From assembly GCA_964016885.1 (NCBI GenBank), contig OZ024741.1, positions 383,098,001 through 383,162,000 on the forward strand: a stretch of DNA of 64,000 nucleotides, written 5' to 3'. Numbering within the stretch: the stretch's first letter is position 1; each line of letters starts with the position of its first letter. Under the pieces are notes generated by a model. It saw only the letters and a list, made by a program, of their open reading frames with translations, was not told the origin of the DNA and ran no database searches. Origin of the DNA: Eledone cirrhosa. Lineage: Eukaryota. Shown here one piece after another: positions 1-13,292 of the stretch. Both the position numbers and the translations under genes were made by a program.

Positions 1-395
1 TGTGTGTGTGTGTCTGTGTGTGTACGTGTGTGAGTGTATTACACGTAAAAATATATTGTACATATATTAATATATATGAGTTCTATAGGAATGTGAGTGG
101 ATATTATTGAGTGTGTAATCAATAATATATTACGTGAATTGTTAATATATATGATGACAAAAGTCATTTTAAAAATTTATCTTTATATATCTTCAATTTA
201 CTAGTAAATTTGAGTATGTTCGTTAGTTATGTAAATCGGGGCCATCGTATTTTATTAGGTGACTGCTTTTTTTCTTTTCTCTGCGGATCCAGAATCAGAC
301 AGAACCACACAATGATCGTCTCTCGAGCTGTCCGCCGGCGAAACAATTGTAACGCACAATAAATTGAGTTCAGATGCAGCACTGATTTTTCGTTT

Positions 396-439
<44 letters not shown>

Positions 440-571
440 GTGAGGTTTTTTTTACAAAATGAAAAATAACCGAGGTGTCCTACACGAGTGGAAGTATAAA
501 GAAAAAGGGATGAAATCGAAAATGCAACTGAAGTCTTATTTTTTTTTTTAAATATATATATTTATTTGGTT

Positions 572-609
572 CCTATACCGGTTTCGCAGTTCTTCTGCTT
601 TTCAAAAGG
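572..609 (-). ncRNA. Minimal hammerhead ribozyme, U3:A8 variant (one stem I mismatch)
   Basis: Minus strand reads cctt TTGAAAA gcag aagaa ctgc GAAA ccgg TA tagg. Confidence 0.7.
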
Positions 610-681
610 TGAGTTGAGATGGAGGGTCTGTGGTTTTTCTCACATCTGTGAGAAAAAACACAGACCCTCCATCTCAACTCA

Positions 682-719
682 CCTTTTGAAAAGCAGAAGA
701 ACTGCGAAACCGGTAAAGG
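682..719 (+). ncRNA. Minimal type-I hammerhead ribozyme, U3:A8 variant
   Basis: cctt TTGAAAA gcag aagaa ctgc GAAA ccgg TA aagg: stems I, II and III all pair, palindromic ACCGGT. Confidence 0.8.
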
Positions 720-789
720 AACCAAATAAATATATATATTTAAAAAAAAAAATAAGACTTCAGTTGCATTTTCGATTTCATCCCTTTTT

Positions 790-843
<54 letters not shown>

Positions 844-1137
844 GACAGGGTTGAAGACTTTAAAGACGGAAAAAGAAGGTGGAAGCTCTTTCATTCAGGC
901 GGAAACATCTTACTGGAAGTCCCTTTAGTGTCCTGGCTCGTGCACGCAGACAGTATCTCAGATATAGGATGTTCGATACTGCATAGGGACCGCTATCATC
1001 TTCATTTTCCCTATCTAAGGGTCTTTACCCGATTATTATAAGCTATATAAACAATTGCAGTTATAGTCTGTGCCTGAACATTCTAAATCTATAAAATTCT
1101 ACGAAAGTTCGAAAACTCGAGATTTGCAAACGATGTC

Positions 1138-1265
<128 letters not shown>

Positions 1266-1646
1266 GTGTATCTATGTATATATATATATATATATGTAAT
1301 TCAATAAACAATAGAGATGGACACTAATATAAACATGCATGTGTTCGAATTGTAAGGACCAAAGTTTGCTAGGGTGAAAAAATATTAACTACAGCCATAT
1401 AGTTTGTTATCCTTAACTTTAAATATTAAATTAAGAAAAATTAAGAAAAATAACATACCTATATTGGGCAAAAATGCCTGGTAACAACGACATATATATA
1501 TGTATGTATGTATATATATATATGTATATATATATGTATCTATGTATATGTATATATATTTATATATATATATATGATATATATATGTGTGTGTGTGTAT
1601 ATATATATATACATGTGTGTGCGTGGGCATGTATGTGTGTGTGTGC

Positions 1647-1687
<41 letters not shown>

Positions 1688-1701
1688 TTTGTGTTTGTGT
1701 G

Positions 1702-1759
<58 letters not shown>

Positions 1760-2016
1760 TGTGCATATTAGGAAAATATGAAACATAGAAAATGCAAATA
1801 CGATTTTCTAATAGAATAACAGAAAAACCTTTTTTTAATAGCTAATAATATCGTTTTCAGTCGATAAAAATTTCGACTTCTTCATGTCACAGGAAATATG
1901 ATAAAAAAAGTATATAATAAAGTTAAGGTGTCTATTAATTAGAAGAGGGAATTAGAGAACATAGTTTAAATATATATATAAAAGTTCACATTTCCGTTTC
2001 TCTCTCTCTCTCTCTG

Positions 2017-2056
<40 letters not shown>

Positions 2057-2189
2057 TCTCTCTCTCACTCTCTCTCTCTCTCTCACACACACTTGTGGGT
2101 TTGGTGGTAGTAGCAGCTTAAATAGTAGTTGGTTTGTCCCCTGTTACTGTCTGTCTGATTGTTGACTTCAATGGTAGTAGCAGTAGTAG

Positions 2190-2409
2190 CAAGAAGAAGA
2201 AGAAGAAGAAGAAGATGAAGAAGAAGAAGAAGAAGAAGAAGAAGAAGAAGAAGAAGAAGAAGAAGAAGAAGAAGAAGAAGAAGAAGAAGAAGAAGAAGAA
2301 GAAGAAGAAAAAGAAGAAGAAGAAAAAGAAGAAGAAAAAGAAGAAGAAGAAGAAGAAGAAGAAGAAGAAGAAGAAGAAGAAGAAGAAGAAGAAGAAGAAG
2401 AAGAAGAAA
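2190..2409. repeat. (AAG)n microsatellite
   Basis: Direct reading; source of the poly-K and poly-S ORFs. Confidence 0.98.
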
Positions 2410-2514
2410 TAATAGCGATATAGTAAAGGAGGAAGGAAAAGACTATGGAGGAGAAGGAGAAGTAGAAGCAGACGACAGGGAGGTGTGGTATTATGATTAT
2501 TATTATTATTGCTA

Positions 2515-2700
2515 GTGGATTGGCAGTATCGGTAGAGGGTAGGACGCCATGCTTTGAAGCATAGAGTTGCGTCCCTTTATGATCTGAGTTCAAATCTCGC
2601 CGAGGTTAACTTTGCCTTTCATCCTTACGGGGTCGATAAAATAAAATACCAGTAATGTACTGGGTAATTGCTGGCCTTGTGCCTAAAGTAGAAACAATTA
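2515..2700 (+). mobile_element. tRNA-derived SINE with Nin-like central domain
   Basis: A/B-box-like head (gtggattggcag...gagttcaaatc), core gcctttcatccttacggggtcgataaa, flanking duplication ttattattattgctagt; near-identical copies elsewhere in the window. Confidence 0.85.
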
Positions 2701-2819
2701 TTATTATTGCTAGTAATAATTGAAGCTGTCTGTGGGACTGACCTTAGTGGTAGAGTGGCCTAAAATTGACCTGAAGTAGTCATTGCTTCTAGATATACTC
2801 TTTTACTCTTTCTTAGTAT

Positions 2820-3840
2820 GTCCGTAGGAAATATTGTCGTTCTTAATTTGTCCATTGGAGTCAATGTTGGGTGTATGTTGCAGTGTCCTCTTTGGTGGAT
2901 GCATTTAAACGGGTTCGTATTATGTGATGACGTATGACTCTTGGCTAATACGTTGATTGTGAGTAGTGTTATCTTTAAATGTATAGAGGGGGAAATTCTG
3001 AAGTCGGGTTGTTCATTAGAGGCACAGTGCTATTTTTCTATCTTCCCGTATATTAATTTGGGATCTATGAATGGTCATATACTGACGAAGACTGTTGTTA
3101 GATTGTCCTATGTACTTCTCACACAGCCTGAACGAGTTAATACATATATCAGGTTTTCTAATGCATATGTGAGCATACTTTTCACTGGAAAGCTTTGACC
3201 CTGTTTGATATAGAACTCCGATCCCTCTATTAAGTAAACGCATATACAACAGTTGAGGTTGTGTATGGAGATGTATGGTAGGGTTTTCACTTCCGATTTA
3301 TTCTTTAGTTTGTGGTGTCTAAGTTCCTGGATACTGATTTTTGGGGCACGTTGGAATCCATTATTAATTAGGGGTGGTGCGTAATTCTGCTAATGAGTGT
3401 GTCCTTTAGCTCTTGTAGACGTATGTAACAGGTGTTTCTATCAGATACTATTGTACAAATCCTTTTTGCTAGGCTGTAAGGGATATACATTTTAGCGTGT
3501 CTCGGTAGCATGAGTTAAACGGAAGATATTGCTTGGAAGCCGTATATGTTTGTTTTTATTTTGTTGTTAGTTTTCTTATTAAGGATGTCGAGGAAAGGAA
3601 GTTGTTGATGGCTGTATTCCATCGTAAATCGAATGTTTGTGTCAAGTAAATTGAATGTTTGTGTTATTTCCATTTAGTAGTGCTTTAAATTATTTAACCC
3701 TCTGTATACTTTCATGCAAATGAATCAATCATCTAGATATCTCTTCCTGTAATTTTCTATGTGCAGGTAGAAGGAGTTTCTTATTTTTCTAGTACTTTGC
3801 TATAGAGGGTGATTTCCAGAAACCCCATGACTAGGTTTTA
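2820..3840 (-). pseudogene. Degenerate Neptune-type PLE reverse transcriptase fragment
   Basis: Minus strand gives LVMGFLE, RYLDD, FTMEYSHQQLPFLDIL motifs paralleling the 19160 ORF, with stops and frameshifts. Confidence 0.75.
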
Positions 3841-3844
3841 CAGG

Positions 3845-4170
3845 AGATGAAGAAATAGGGGGATTCAATATTACTCCATAAGGCAGTACAGCAGAGAAAA
3901 CAGGACTAGTGGACAATTTAAGGCGGTGCACACCCGAAGTGTCTCAGCTGGAATGACATATAGCATATAGTGCCTTTTAGAATCAGTTCTCCTCAGATCT
4001 GCCTCTGATCTCCTACCCTCGAATACAAATTAGTGAATTGGGGCAACTCAGATAGCCCCGTGCGTCTAATATCTCTGTGCAGAAAAACAGTAGACCACCT
4101 TCTGAGCACATACAGATTAGCACTTATCCATGAGGATACACGTAGAGACACAACTAATTGCTTAAGGAGA
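3845..4170 (+). pseudogene. Degenerate RLE-type (HERO-like) non-LTR retrotransposon fragment
   Basis: Broken translation resembles Q.G.WT...SW.DI...RISF..RS..DLLP...NL.NWG...GRYTWRHN; recognised from memory only. Confidence 0.45.
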
Positions 4171-4366
4171 ACCTACATGTGATATGTAGGGTAAAACTAA
4201 AATCCGAATATTTAAATATCAACAGAAGAGCACCCAGGAGAAATGAGCTGGATGTGGCCTAGCCTCCTTAGAGTGTAAGAAGTTAAGAGCCGAAATACTT
4301 GCTTAACATGGTTTCTTCTTTGTCACTCTTCTTCTTTGTCCTGTTCGCCCAAGAATATTTTACCAC

Positions 4367-4451
<85 letters not shown>

Positions 4452-4453
<2 letters not shown>

Positions 4454-4480
4454 TAGCTGCAGTACCCGGTAAACCCCGGG
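4452..4480 (-). mobile_element. Helitron-like 3' terminus
   Basis: Minus strand cccggggtttaccggg hairpin followed by tactgcagCTAG|t next to (TA)n. Confidence 0.55.
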
Positions 4481-5911
4481 AAAGATGGGGTTATTCGCAG
4501 TTCCCAGAGTGCGCCTGACCCTGCTAGCGACCCTGGGTGCCCATACTCGATGTTCAATAGCAACCTCTGATAGGTGTATTTATGGCAAATCAATTTTTTG
4601 TGTGGATCTATCAATAGCTGTTTAAGTCATAAGTCCTACTTCCATCCAATGGAGACCTTAGGGTTGCTCTCATAATCCCAGGTGAGGTCGTAGCTGAAGG
4701 CAGCCTTGAGCCAGAGAGTGTGTGTGTGTATGTGTAGGTATGGGAGAGGTGTTTGTGTATGTGTGTTTATATTTAAAGAAATGAGAACACAAACACAGGG
4801 ATGCAACAACGCAGTATAATTATTATTAGGCCTAAGAGGAAGCAGTGTATGTGTATGTGTTTATATAGAAGGAAAGAGAGGGAAATGAGAAATGAATGAA
4901 AAGACGATTGAATCTAACTGTACTTCCCATATTTAATCACCCGACGTTATATTAGGAAAATAAGCTACTTTATTAAATATATTAGGTTTTAACCCTTTTA
5001 AACATTAATTAGTGTATATTTGATTTATATTGATTATTGTTTAAGGGCTTCAATCGAAATATTATGAAGTTAGAAAGAAACATCAATTTTTAAATATTGA
5101 ATTAAAATTTGACCAGTGAAAGGGAGCAACTTAATTTGAGTTCAATGAAATTATTTTCTTTTTTGTGTTTAGTATTTTGTTTCAGCACATTATTGAGTGT
5201 AGCATACTATTTATACAAAAACAAAATATGAAATAATGGCAAATTTCCTACAGAATGTAAACGAAGAATATGAAATTATTTTCTGTAATCTCTTTGAATT
5301 ATATTGAACAATATAAAAGAGAAGAGACGCCTTCATTACAGAAGGAAGAAGGCTTTAGAAGTGAATTCTTAATCAATTTTAAAAGTTACACGTTTAATTA
5401 TTAAACATTAATAGCATTGAATGGAACAAAGAAAAATTACGCGTCGTTTCTTCTTTTGAAACAGTGATGTTAACAGGTTATAAGGGTAATGAATGTTATT
5501 TAACTTAATATCATCATTAAACAGACTACACTCAAAATTACTTTTCAATGGCGAAAGGGAATATTATAAAACCGTCTCTAGTTTAATTAAGAAATGTTCA
5601 TATTTCCTATTTTGTTTTTCGGTTCTCAAAGAAATGTTTTCGTTTGGAATTAGCACAAGTTATAACATCTAATATGATTGGAACATGTCCGGTTTTGTCA
5701 ACGTGTCCGACAAAATGGAGATAATATTTCCCTTCAATGATTAATGAAATGTGATTTCAGCGTGACATCGCATTAAAAAAACATTCGTAGAAGTCCAGTT
5801 GTCATCTTTGCTATTGTTTAGTAGATTCCGGGAGTGCTCGACGTTTTCTGTCCTCGAAAGTGATGTAATCTGGATTAATTATAATTATTGCGGTCGTCAC
5901 GTCAATTGCCA

Positions 5912-6101
5912 GGGTCGGCTGAACAGTTCATAGGATGACCAAGATACTCTCATGGAATGACCAAATGAGGTTTATTTCTCAACATATTCCTTGGAAGAAA
6001 CAATGCAGTTATTAATAAGAAGTGTTGAAATTAATGCATACAAGTTTTCACAGCCTAGCATCACCCCATAATATTCAGCCTATGAACGTTTCAGCCGACC
6101 C
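5912..6101. mobile_element. Mariner-type MITE
   Basis: ~27-bp imperfect terminal inverted repeats gggtcggctgaacagttcataggatga / tcagcctatgaacgtttcagccgaccc. Confidence 0.65.
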
Positions 6102-6902
6102 GCATGATACATATTTTATTCATTAATGAATTTTAGAATCACATTACAGGAAGAATTGAAGAGTGAAACTCTAGATAGTGGCTATCCGTTAGAAACAACA
6201 ACCTAATCTACTTCATATACCATCAATCAGTCTTAAACCTAAAGAGGAGGTGTTAGTTATTTAAACGAAGGATGAAATATGTTGTGTAGTAAGCAAAAAA
6301 TAATGTTTAACCAATTGAAATTTAACACTTACTGAGAAGAAATGTAATAATCATTAATTGAAATCATTGTTAATAAAAGCCAGGAAGAGAATGCCTAAAT
6401 TCAATTTTTTTAAATGACATTGCGAAATGCTTGGAGCAGAGTGTACTTTTTATATTTCCTAAGTGCGGTGGCAAATAAGAACTGTATATATATAATCTGA
6501 AGCTCCAGCCGTGTCCTGTTGTTTTTCAGGCTGATTACAAATAAGTTAATTTACAAGGTATATATAGGGTTTGGAGGTACAAGTAATCGAACAAATGACA
6601 TGTATTGTCGAAAACGACGGAGGACCCATCACAACAAATCTAAGATCTAAATAAAGAGAATATAGCTTTTAGCAAGGATTATTCAACGATTGATTTTATT
6701 CATGCAGTGTCATAATCGTCACTGGCATTCGTGTTAACGACGTTCACAGCGGTAAATTTGGTGTTTTAACTTCAACCCTTAAGCGCAACGCCGCAAGCAC
6801 GTGTCTTTTAAGAAACATAGTACTGTATAAATCAAAACTTCAGGTATATATAAATACACACACACACACACACACACACATACACACACTCATTTATATA
6901 TA

Positions 6903-6987
<85 letters not shown>

Positions 6988-7033
6988 AGGATGAATATAA
7001 AATGAAAGTGCTTTTGTTAAAAAAGGAATTTAT

Positions 7034-7157
7034 TAGGTATTGACATATGTTTCTGTAACAGACCGAATACCTATGTATCGCTGCTTGCGTAATCATATAA
7101 TGTTAGCAAGTATTCGATAGCAAATGTATAATCAGTTGTCACTTCTTCAGAGATTTT
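7034..7157 (-). ncRNA. Hammerhead-like motif in the inverted pLTR (atypical stem I)
   Basis: Reverse complement of 9551-9674. Confidence 0.55.
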
Positions 7158-7201
7158 GGATAAACTGGATAAAATCAGAAAAATTGAAGTATTTATATTA
7201 G

Positions 7202-9071
7202 GAAAACTAATGAAGCCACACTTAAAAACATCAACAACTCGGCATGTGATATTGTTAAAAAACTTTGTATTGACGATAGAACGCAACCCTTAACACCAGC
7301 TATACCATCCTTCAACCTGAAGGACCACAAGGTAAACTTCGATACTAACCCTAATATTAGACTTATATGCCCCTCTAAATCTGATATAGGTAAAATTAGC
7401 AAATATATACTAGACAGAATTATCCCCCAAGTTAAGGTTAAAGTAGAGATTAAACTATGGGGTAACACTCATGAAGCAATAAGATGGTTTAACAACATTA
7501 CTGATAAGAAAAAATCAAAATTTATTCAGTTTGATATTGATGAATATTATTCCTCAATTTCACCTGATACTCTACATGAAGCTCTTTCGTTCGCTAAGGA
7601 TAATTCCGACCTTACGGATGCTGAAATTAAAATTATTATGGAAGCGAGAAAAACTATAGTTAAATTCGATGATAGCTACTGGGTTCGCAAAGATAGACCT
7701 TCTAATTTTGATATCACTATGGGTTCTAATGATTCGGCGGAAGTAACAGATCTTGTGGGAATTTATATCACCCACAGATTACAAGGAAAATTCAAGGATC
7801 TCCACGGTGGAATTTACCGTGACGATGCGCTCCTATTAGTTAAGCATATGAATAACCAGAATTTAGAAAGGATGCGTAAAAATATCAGAAAACTTTTTAA
7901 AGAACTAGGATTAAATATTACATTTGAATATAACCTCAAAGAGGTCAATTTCCTTGATGTTACTTTCAATCTCAATACAGATACGATTAAACCGTTCCAT
8001 AAACTAAATGAGAACCTTAAATATGTAAATACGACTTCTAACCATCCACTCTCTATAATTAAATCCATCCCTAGAAATGTTTCTCTTAGAATCTCCCGCC
8101 TATCGTCCAACCAACAAACCTTCAAAGAACATGCCGAGTATTATGATGATGCACTTAGGAAAGCCGGTCACCTAGATAATATAGAGTATATAGTCAATGA
8201 TCACCAAAACACCCAAAATAAATCACATAGGAGTAGAAATAGCACAGAATCACCACCATACATACACTACCGCAAAAGACACAATAATAGTCGCACACCA
8301 CCAAACAGAAGGCGATGTAAGGAGTATATCTAGTACAACCCGGTCTATAACAAATCTATTAAAACCAATCTACCCTCAAAATTCTTTCGATTCGTTAGAA
8401 AACACTTTCCAACATCACATAAATATAATAAAATCTTAAACCCTAACACCATTCGACTTTCATATTCAACCGCCCCTAATATTGAACAACATATAAAAAT
8501 GCTTAACGCAAAACGGTTGTATAAACGCCTTCCAACACATAACAATACACGTAAAACATTAGCTATAACATCACAAAACAACAAACAACATCCTGTCCTA
8601 CATAAGCAACCTCATCAACCCATCCATGGCAATACAACAACGCAAAATTGTAATTGCAACTGTGTCCAACCAGGAATGTGTCCGTTGAACAATCAGTGTC
8701 TTGAACGCAACATCGTATACAAATGTACTATCGAATCGGATAGACAGAAGTGGTACTATGTGGGATCTACAGCCACCTCCTTCAAATCACGCCTTTATAG
8801 ACATCGTTATTCGATAAAACATGAAAACCAGCGTTATGTAACAACACTCGCAGACAAGGCTTGGCAGCTGCGTGAAAATAACCAACAATTTCACCTAAAA
8901 TGGGATATAATAGCGGTGCCCCCCCATATCCAATGGACAGGAATTTTGTAAATTATGTAATGTAGAATTATTTTGTATTATGAAATCCCAAAACATTTTA
9001 TTAAATAACAGAATAGAGCGATCGTTATACTGTAACCATCGCTTAAAATCTACATTTTCATATTATAAATA
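7202..9071 (+). pseudogene. PLE RT + GIY-YIG endonuclease, disrupted
   Basis: LKDHK, QFDIDEYY, FDITMGS, YRDD, FLDVTF motifs; TAG at 8331 in place of an expected Trp; CNC..CPL..C, IVYKC...YYVGST; frameshift near 8920. Confidence 0.88.
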
Positions 9072-9550
9072 CTACCAGGATTGAACGCCTGTCTCTATCC
9101 CCGTTTGATTGTCAAAATAGATATGAACATTCTTTATTAGTCTTAATTCTATCAACTCTTCTATTATTTACCTTTTAATACAAACTGCTATAGATAAAAT
9201 GAGATTTCTGATTTCTTGATTCAATTCCCTAGTGCAAATACCAGCTGACTACTAGCATTGATGTTATTTAGTAGCAATCGAAATCTCCCCCTTCCCCAAT
9301 TGACACTTTATAATTAATACTACTGCACCAAATGATCAGCCCTGTCCACTGTCCAGTTGGTCAAGTAGAGATTAAAATTGGCACTCCCAAAATTCTTATT
9401 TAGATTTACTCATGGTATTCTCATTAAAAACCCATTATATACTTGTTTAGCAGTAAATTATTTTACCATCTGTCATATTCTATCCCCTCTGTTCCTTCCT
9501 CTTTTACTAATATAAATACTTCAATTTTTCTGATTTTATCCAGTTTATCC

Positions 9551-9674
9551 AAAATCTCTGAAGAAGTGACAACTGATTATACATTTGCTATCGAATACTT
9601 GCTAACATTATATGATTACGCAAGCAGCGATACATAGGTATTCGGTCTGTTACAGAAACATATGTCAATACCTA
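9551..9674 (+). ncRNA. Hammerhead-like motif with long loop II and atypical stem I
   Basis: CTGAAGA a gtgaca...tgttac a GAAA catatg TC; palindromic ACATATGT; canonical stem I only 1 bp. Confidence 0.55.
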
Positions 9675-9826
9675 ATAAATTCCTTTTTTAACAAAAGCAC
9701 TTTCATTTTATATCCATCCTTTCTACATTTCTCCGGAATATAATTTATACTCGTTGAGCAAACCTGCACGTACGCTGTTCATCTCTAACGTAACGATATA
9801 TTATCACTACATTATTGATAACCTGA

Positions 9827-9887
<61 letters not shown>

Positions 9888-10429
9888 GCTACACGACTGA
9901 CATATACTGGTTGTTCAGTTTCATTGGGTTGTACACCGCATTCCCCTTTTTATATGAAATATAAATTGCTACTTCGGCAGGTTGATTTGAAGTTTTTTTT
10001 TTTTTAAATACACGACAGTACTTCAAGCGCAACTAATTTCGAATTTAGCTATAAATAAACAAATCTCTTAAAAATGTAAAGGGAGTAACTATAAATAAAA
10101 CTACGAGTGTGGGGAACTTGTGCAATGTTAGTAATTCAAGGAGATTAAAGTCCTTAAAATTAATATAAATTCGTGTACCATATCGCTACTTGTCAGAGTA
10201 TATTCCACATTTTCGAGTTACATAGCTGGCAAAATTTCGTCCCATTAACATAGGGGTGGAACTTTCTAATAAACACCATGTAATGAAAAATGGTATACCA
10301 TTATTTTATAGGTTCCACACACGATCTGCGATCTGGATTGCTTGCTTTTTCTCAGGATGTCTGAAGGTTGATTTATGGTATCGGATTTTGAACCGGCTGG
10401 CAGAAATTCTAACGTAATTCCAGGCTTCT

Positions 10430-10740
10430 GTTTGTTGCTTCTAGTTAGTAGAGTACACTTTTGCTTGATGAAGTGATCCACTGTTGATCTAGTGGGCATG
10501 GCTCTGGCCTTCCATGCAAGCAACTGTAAAGCGGAAGGCTTTTGACTTTGCCGGTGATATGGGCTTTAATATCACTGGCACAAGAGTATCCTATTTTCAC
10601 TATATGGCGATTCACTTTATGTTGGTATTTATGACATAACTGGAATTTTCTACCTACATTGGTCTTCACATTAAGTGTGAATGGTGACGCGAACCTTCTG
10701 ATGTCTTTATGTCTATGTGTTTTGTTTTTCTGTAAAATGA
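10430..10740 (-). pseudogene. Old PLE (Nematis-like) fragment
   Basis: SPFTLNVKTNVGRKF...VKIGYSC..C.PEPCPLDQQ parallels the linker region of the family 1 ORF. Confidence 0.6.
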
Positions 10741-10956
10741 TGTAGACATCAGAAGAAACACCCATTTAATCAATTTTCGGACCTAGTCGGGTTTTCATCG
10801 AAAGGATGATCAGTCACTGTATATTCCAGAAAATGTCATATATATTCACTACCACCGTTCTGTTTATACACTAACAGACGAGCAAGAATGACGGAGTCAT
10901 TCTAATCACATGACTTAGAGAGGCTGTTTCCATTATTGCAAACAAATCGAATATAT

Positions 10957-11145
10957 GCGGTGGATTGGCAGTATCGGTAGAGAGTCGGACGCCATGCTTT
11001 CCAGCATAGTTACGTCCCTTTACGATCTGAGTTCAAATCCCGCCGAGGTTGACTTTGCCTTTCATCCTTACGGGGTCGATAAAATAAAGTACCAGTAATG
11101 AACTGGGTAATTGCTGGCCTTGTGCCTAAAGTAGAAACAATTATT
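10957..11145 (+). mobile_element. tRNA-derived Nin-domain SINE
   Basis: Same family as 2515-2700. Confidence 0.85.
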
Positions 11146-11169
11146 AATATTCGAAAAACTCAGATTTTC

Positions 11170-11204
<35 letters not shown>

Positions 11205-11207
<3 letters not shown>

Positions 11208-11380
11208 CGAAGGAAGTGTGTTAAGGAACCAGGTGGACCACAATGCACCCGAGTACTCGATACTTTGCCTAGTAGAGTGGGTAATAGGAAAAGGTTCAGG
11301 ACCCCGGCGGCAGAGCTCACGCCTTTCAACGGCCATTTCTGGACTCAGAAATAGCCGTGGGGGTCCTCAACCTTTTCCTA
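11205..11380. mobile_element. Family H foldback mini-element (diverged)
   Basis: Tail aacgaaggaa...gagtgggta plus hairpin ending ttcctat, inside (TA)n. Confidence 0.8.
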
Positions 11381-12747
11381 TATATATATATATATATATA
11401 TATTCATATGCATATATATATATAAATATATATTTATTTATATACGTGTGTGTATGTATATATATATATATATATATGTGTGTGGGTGTGTGTTGTGTGT
11501 GATTGTGCGTGTTTGAGACTCCTTTTCAATCGTCCGATGTCGATAGACTAAGAACCAAACAAATCACTAGATTCGATAAAATCTTCTAAAACTTTTCAGA
11601 TAAATGACCTAGGCTGGCTACATTCCAATCGGCAATGAAACCAGTAAAAAAAGGTTTTTACTGGCTGATTTCTCTGGAAGAAGATTGTATATCTGTCAAT
11701 AATATCAATTGAATTTTACAAACATAATCAATTATTGAACGCTATTAAATCATCTGATGTCTGCTATTCAATACAGACAGCCAATGCGGGTGAAACTTCA
11801 TAGAGAAACGTTTCATCTATAATATAGTAATCCATATTTTTAGTTTTAAAATTGTTTTATCACGTTTTCTATATCCAGTGATCAGTTTCAAAGCTGCAAG
11901 TAGTAATACGTGAAAAAAGGTTGCTTTTATTTTTTGTTTGTTTTTCTTCTTGTCCTAGTATGCATGATAAATTACGCAACTGAGCTTATTTTTTAGTTTT
12001 CCTTCCGCTTAGCCAGTTCGTATGTGCATCGTCTACATTTTTTGCAAGATTCTCAAAACGTAGCACACATTTTCCCCTTTAACTACACTCTACAAGTAAG
12101 GATATATTGGATAAGATAATCCTACTTAGATTAAAGAAAAGCCAGGACCTTCCCAATATCTCATAAAAACAGGCTTTACTGTTAATTATAACGTTGAAAT
12201 GTTCATGAATTTTCCGTAGCTATATGTGAAGTACTTGAAGTGAAAGAAGATTCCAGCGAAATTCCTATCAAAATTACTGTTTCAGGGCATCTAGTTCAAT
12301 AGCAAAATATCATACACTCAGAACAACTTATAAACAAAACATACATTTACATCAGTCAATCTGGGAACTGGTATAGTCCAGTATCTATATCTATATCAAT
12401 CAATCTAAGAACTGATATAACCCAGTATTATATGAAATCGCATTAATAACTTCCATTGAAATTACAAAATGTCTTTTTAATTACTATTCTTGAATAGAAA
12501 TCTTCAATTGTTAGATGAATATGCATCTAATTAGAGATTTCCGCTGTTTCGCTTATTCTGTTTCATATATTTCATATTGATAGCAGTAATATTGAGAAGT
12601 TACCACGGTATGCTTTATGTCTTGATGTGTGTCCTTCAATACATGTTAGTATATATATATATTTATATATATGAGTGTGTGTGTGCATACTTATATGTGT
12701 TTGGGTATGTGTATATGCTTATACATTATATATGCATGCGTGTATGT

Positions 12748-12857
<110 letters not shown>

Positions 12858-13217
12858 GTATACATAGATAGATGGGTAGATAGATAGGTAGATAGATAGA
12901 TAGATATATTTCTTTTTTTGCCTCAGGGGCGTACAAAAATGGGACATTTATAGACATTATAAGACGTGACGGCGGAGGTTTTACATAAAATCTTTCACAA
13001 TGATAAATAACAATAAACTATATCAAAATAAAACAAATAAAATCCCCATTAGAGGGCGTGGGGGGGGGGGGGGGTAACGCTACTGCAGGGCTGTTTTACA
13101 TCCCGTGGATAGAACAACCCTCAACACCAGGAACACATTTTGTATGTGTTTCCGTCTTCCCTCTGTTTATCTTCCTCAACCTACAGATTTATATACAGAG
13201 AAGGCGCATAGATAGGT

Positions 13218-13292
<75 letters not shown>

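Larger units (their letters stand above)
434..795. mobile_element. Foldback mini-element made only of the Neptune-type PLE pLTR 3' end (two inverted arms, tail on left arm)
   Basis: 495-644 is the reverse complement of 647-795; sequence matches 22420-22632 and 46797-46945; flanked by (TA)n on both sides. Confidence 0.9.
6984..9832 (+). mobile_element. Penelope-like element family 1 (Nematis-like), 5'-truncated with inverted 5' pLTR
   Basis: 6984-7201 is the reverse complement of 9507-9724; RT and GIY-YIG lie between; tail 9725-9832; (TA)n on both flanks. Confidence 0.9.

Noticed and set aside
338-365. GAAA caattg TA half-hammerhead (similar halves at 28096-28118 minus, 62045-62065 minus, 1845-1890 minus)
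   Set aside because: Probably decayed pLTR ribozymes, but no convincing core plus stem I could be assembled
2134-2593. Poly-Lys and poly-Ser ORFs (also poly-Arg at 17991 and poly-Glu at 37773)
   Set aside because: (AAG)n tracts, some being RTE tails
8331-8333. In-frame stop in the PLE ORF as possible recoding (selenocysteine is known in some PLEs)
   Set aside because: It is TAG at an expected Trp position and a frameshift follows; ordinary decay
10957-11050. tRNA gene
   Set aside because: tRNA-like head of a multi-copy SINE; no complete cloverleaf
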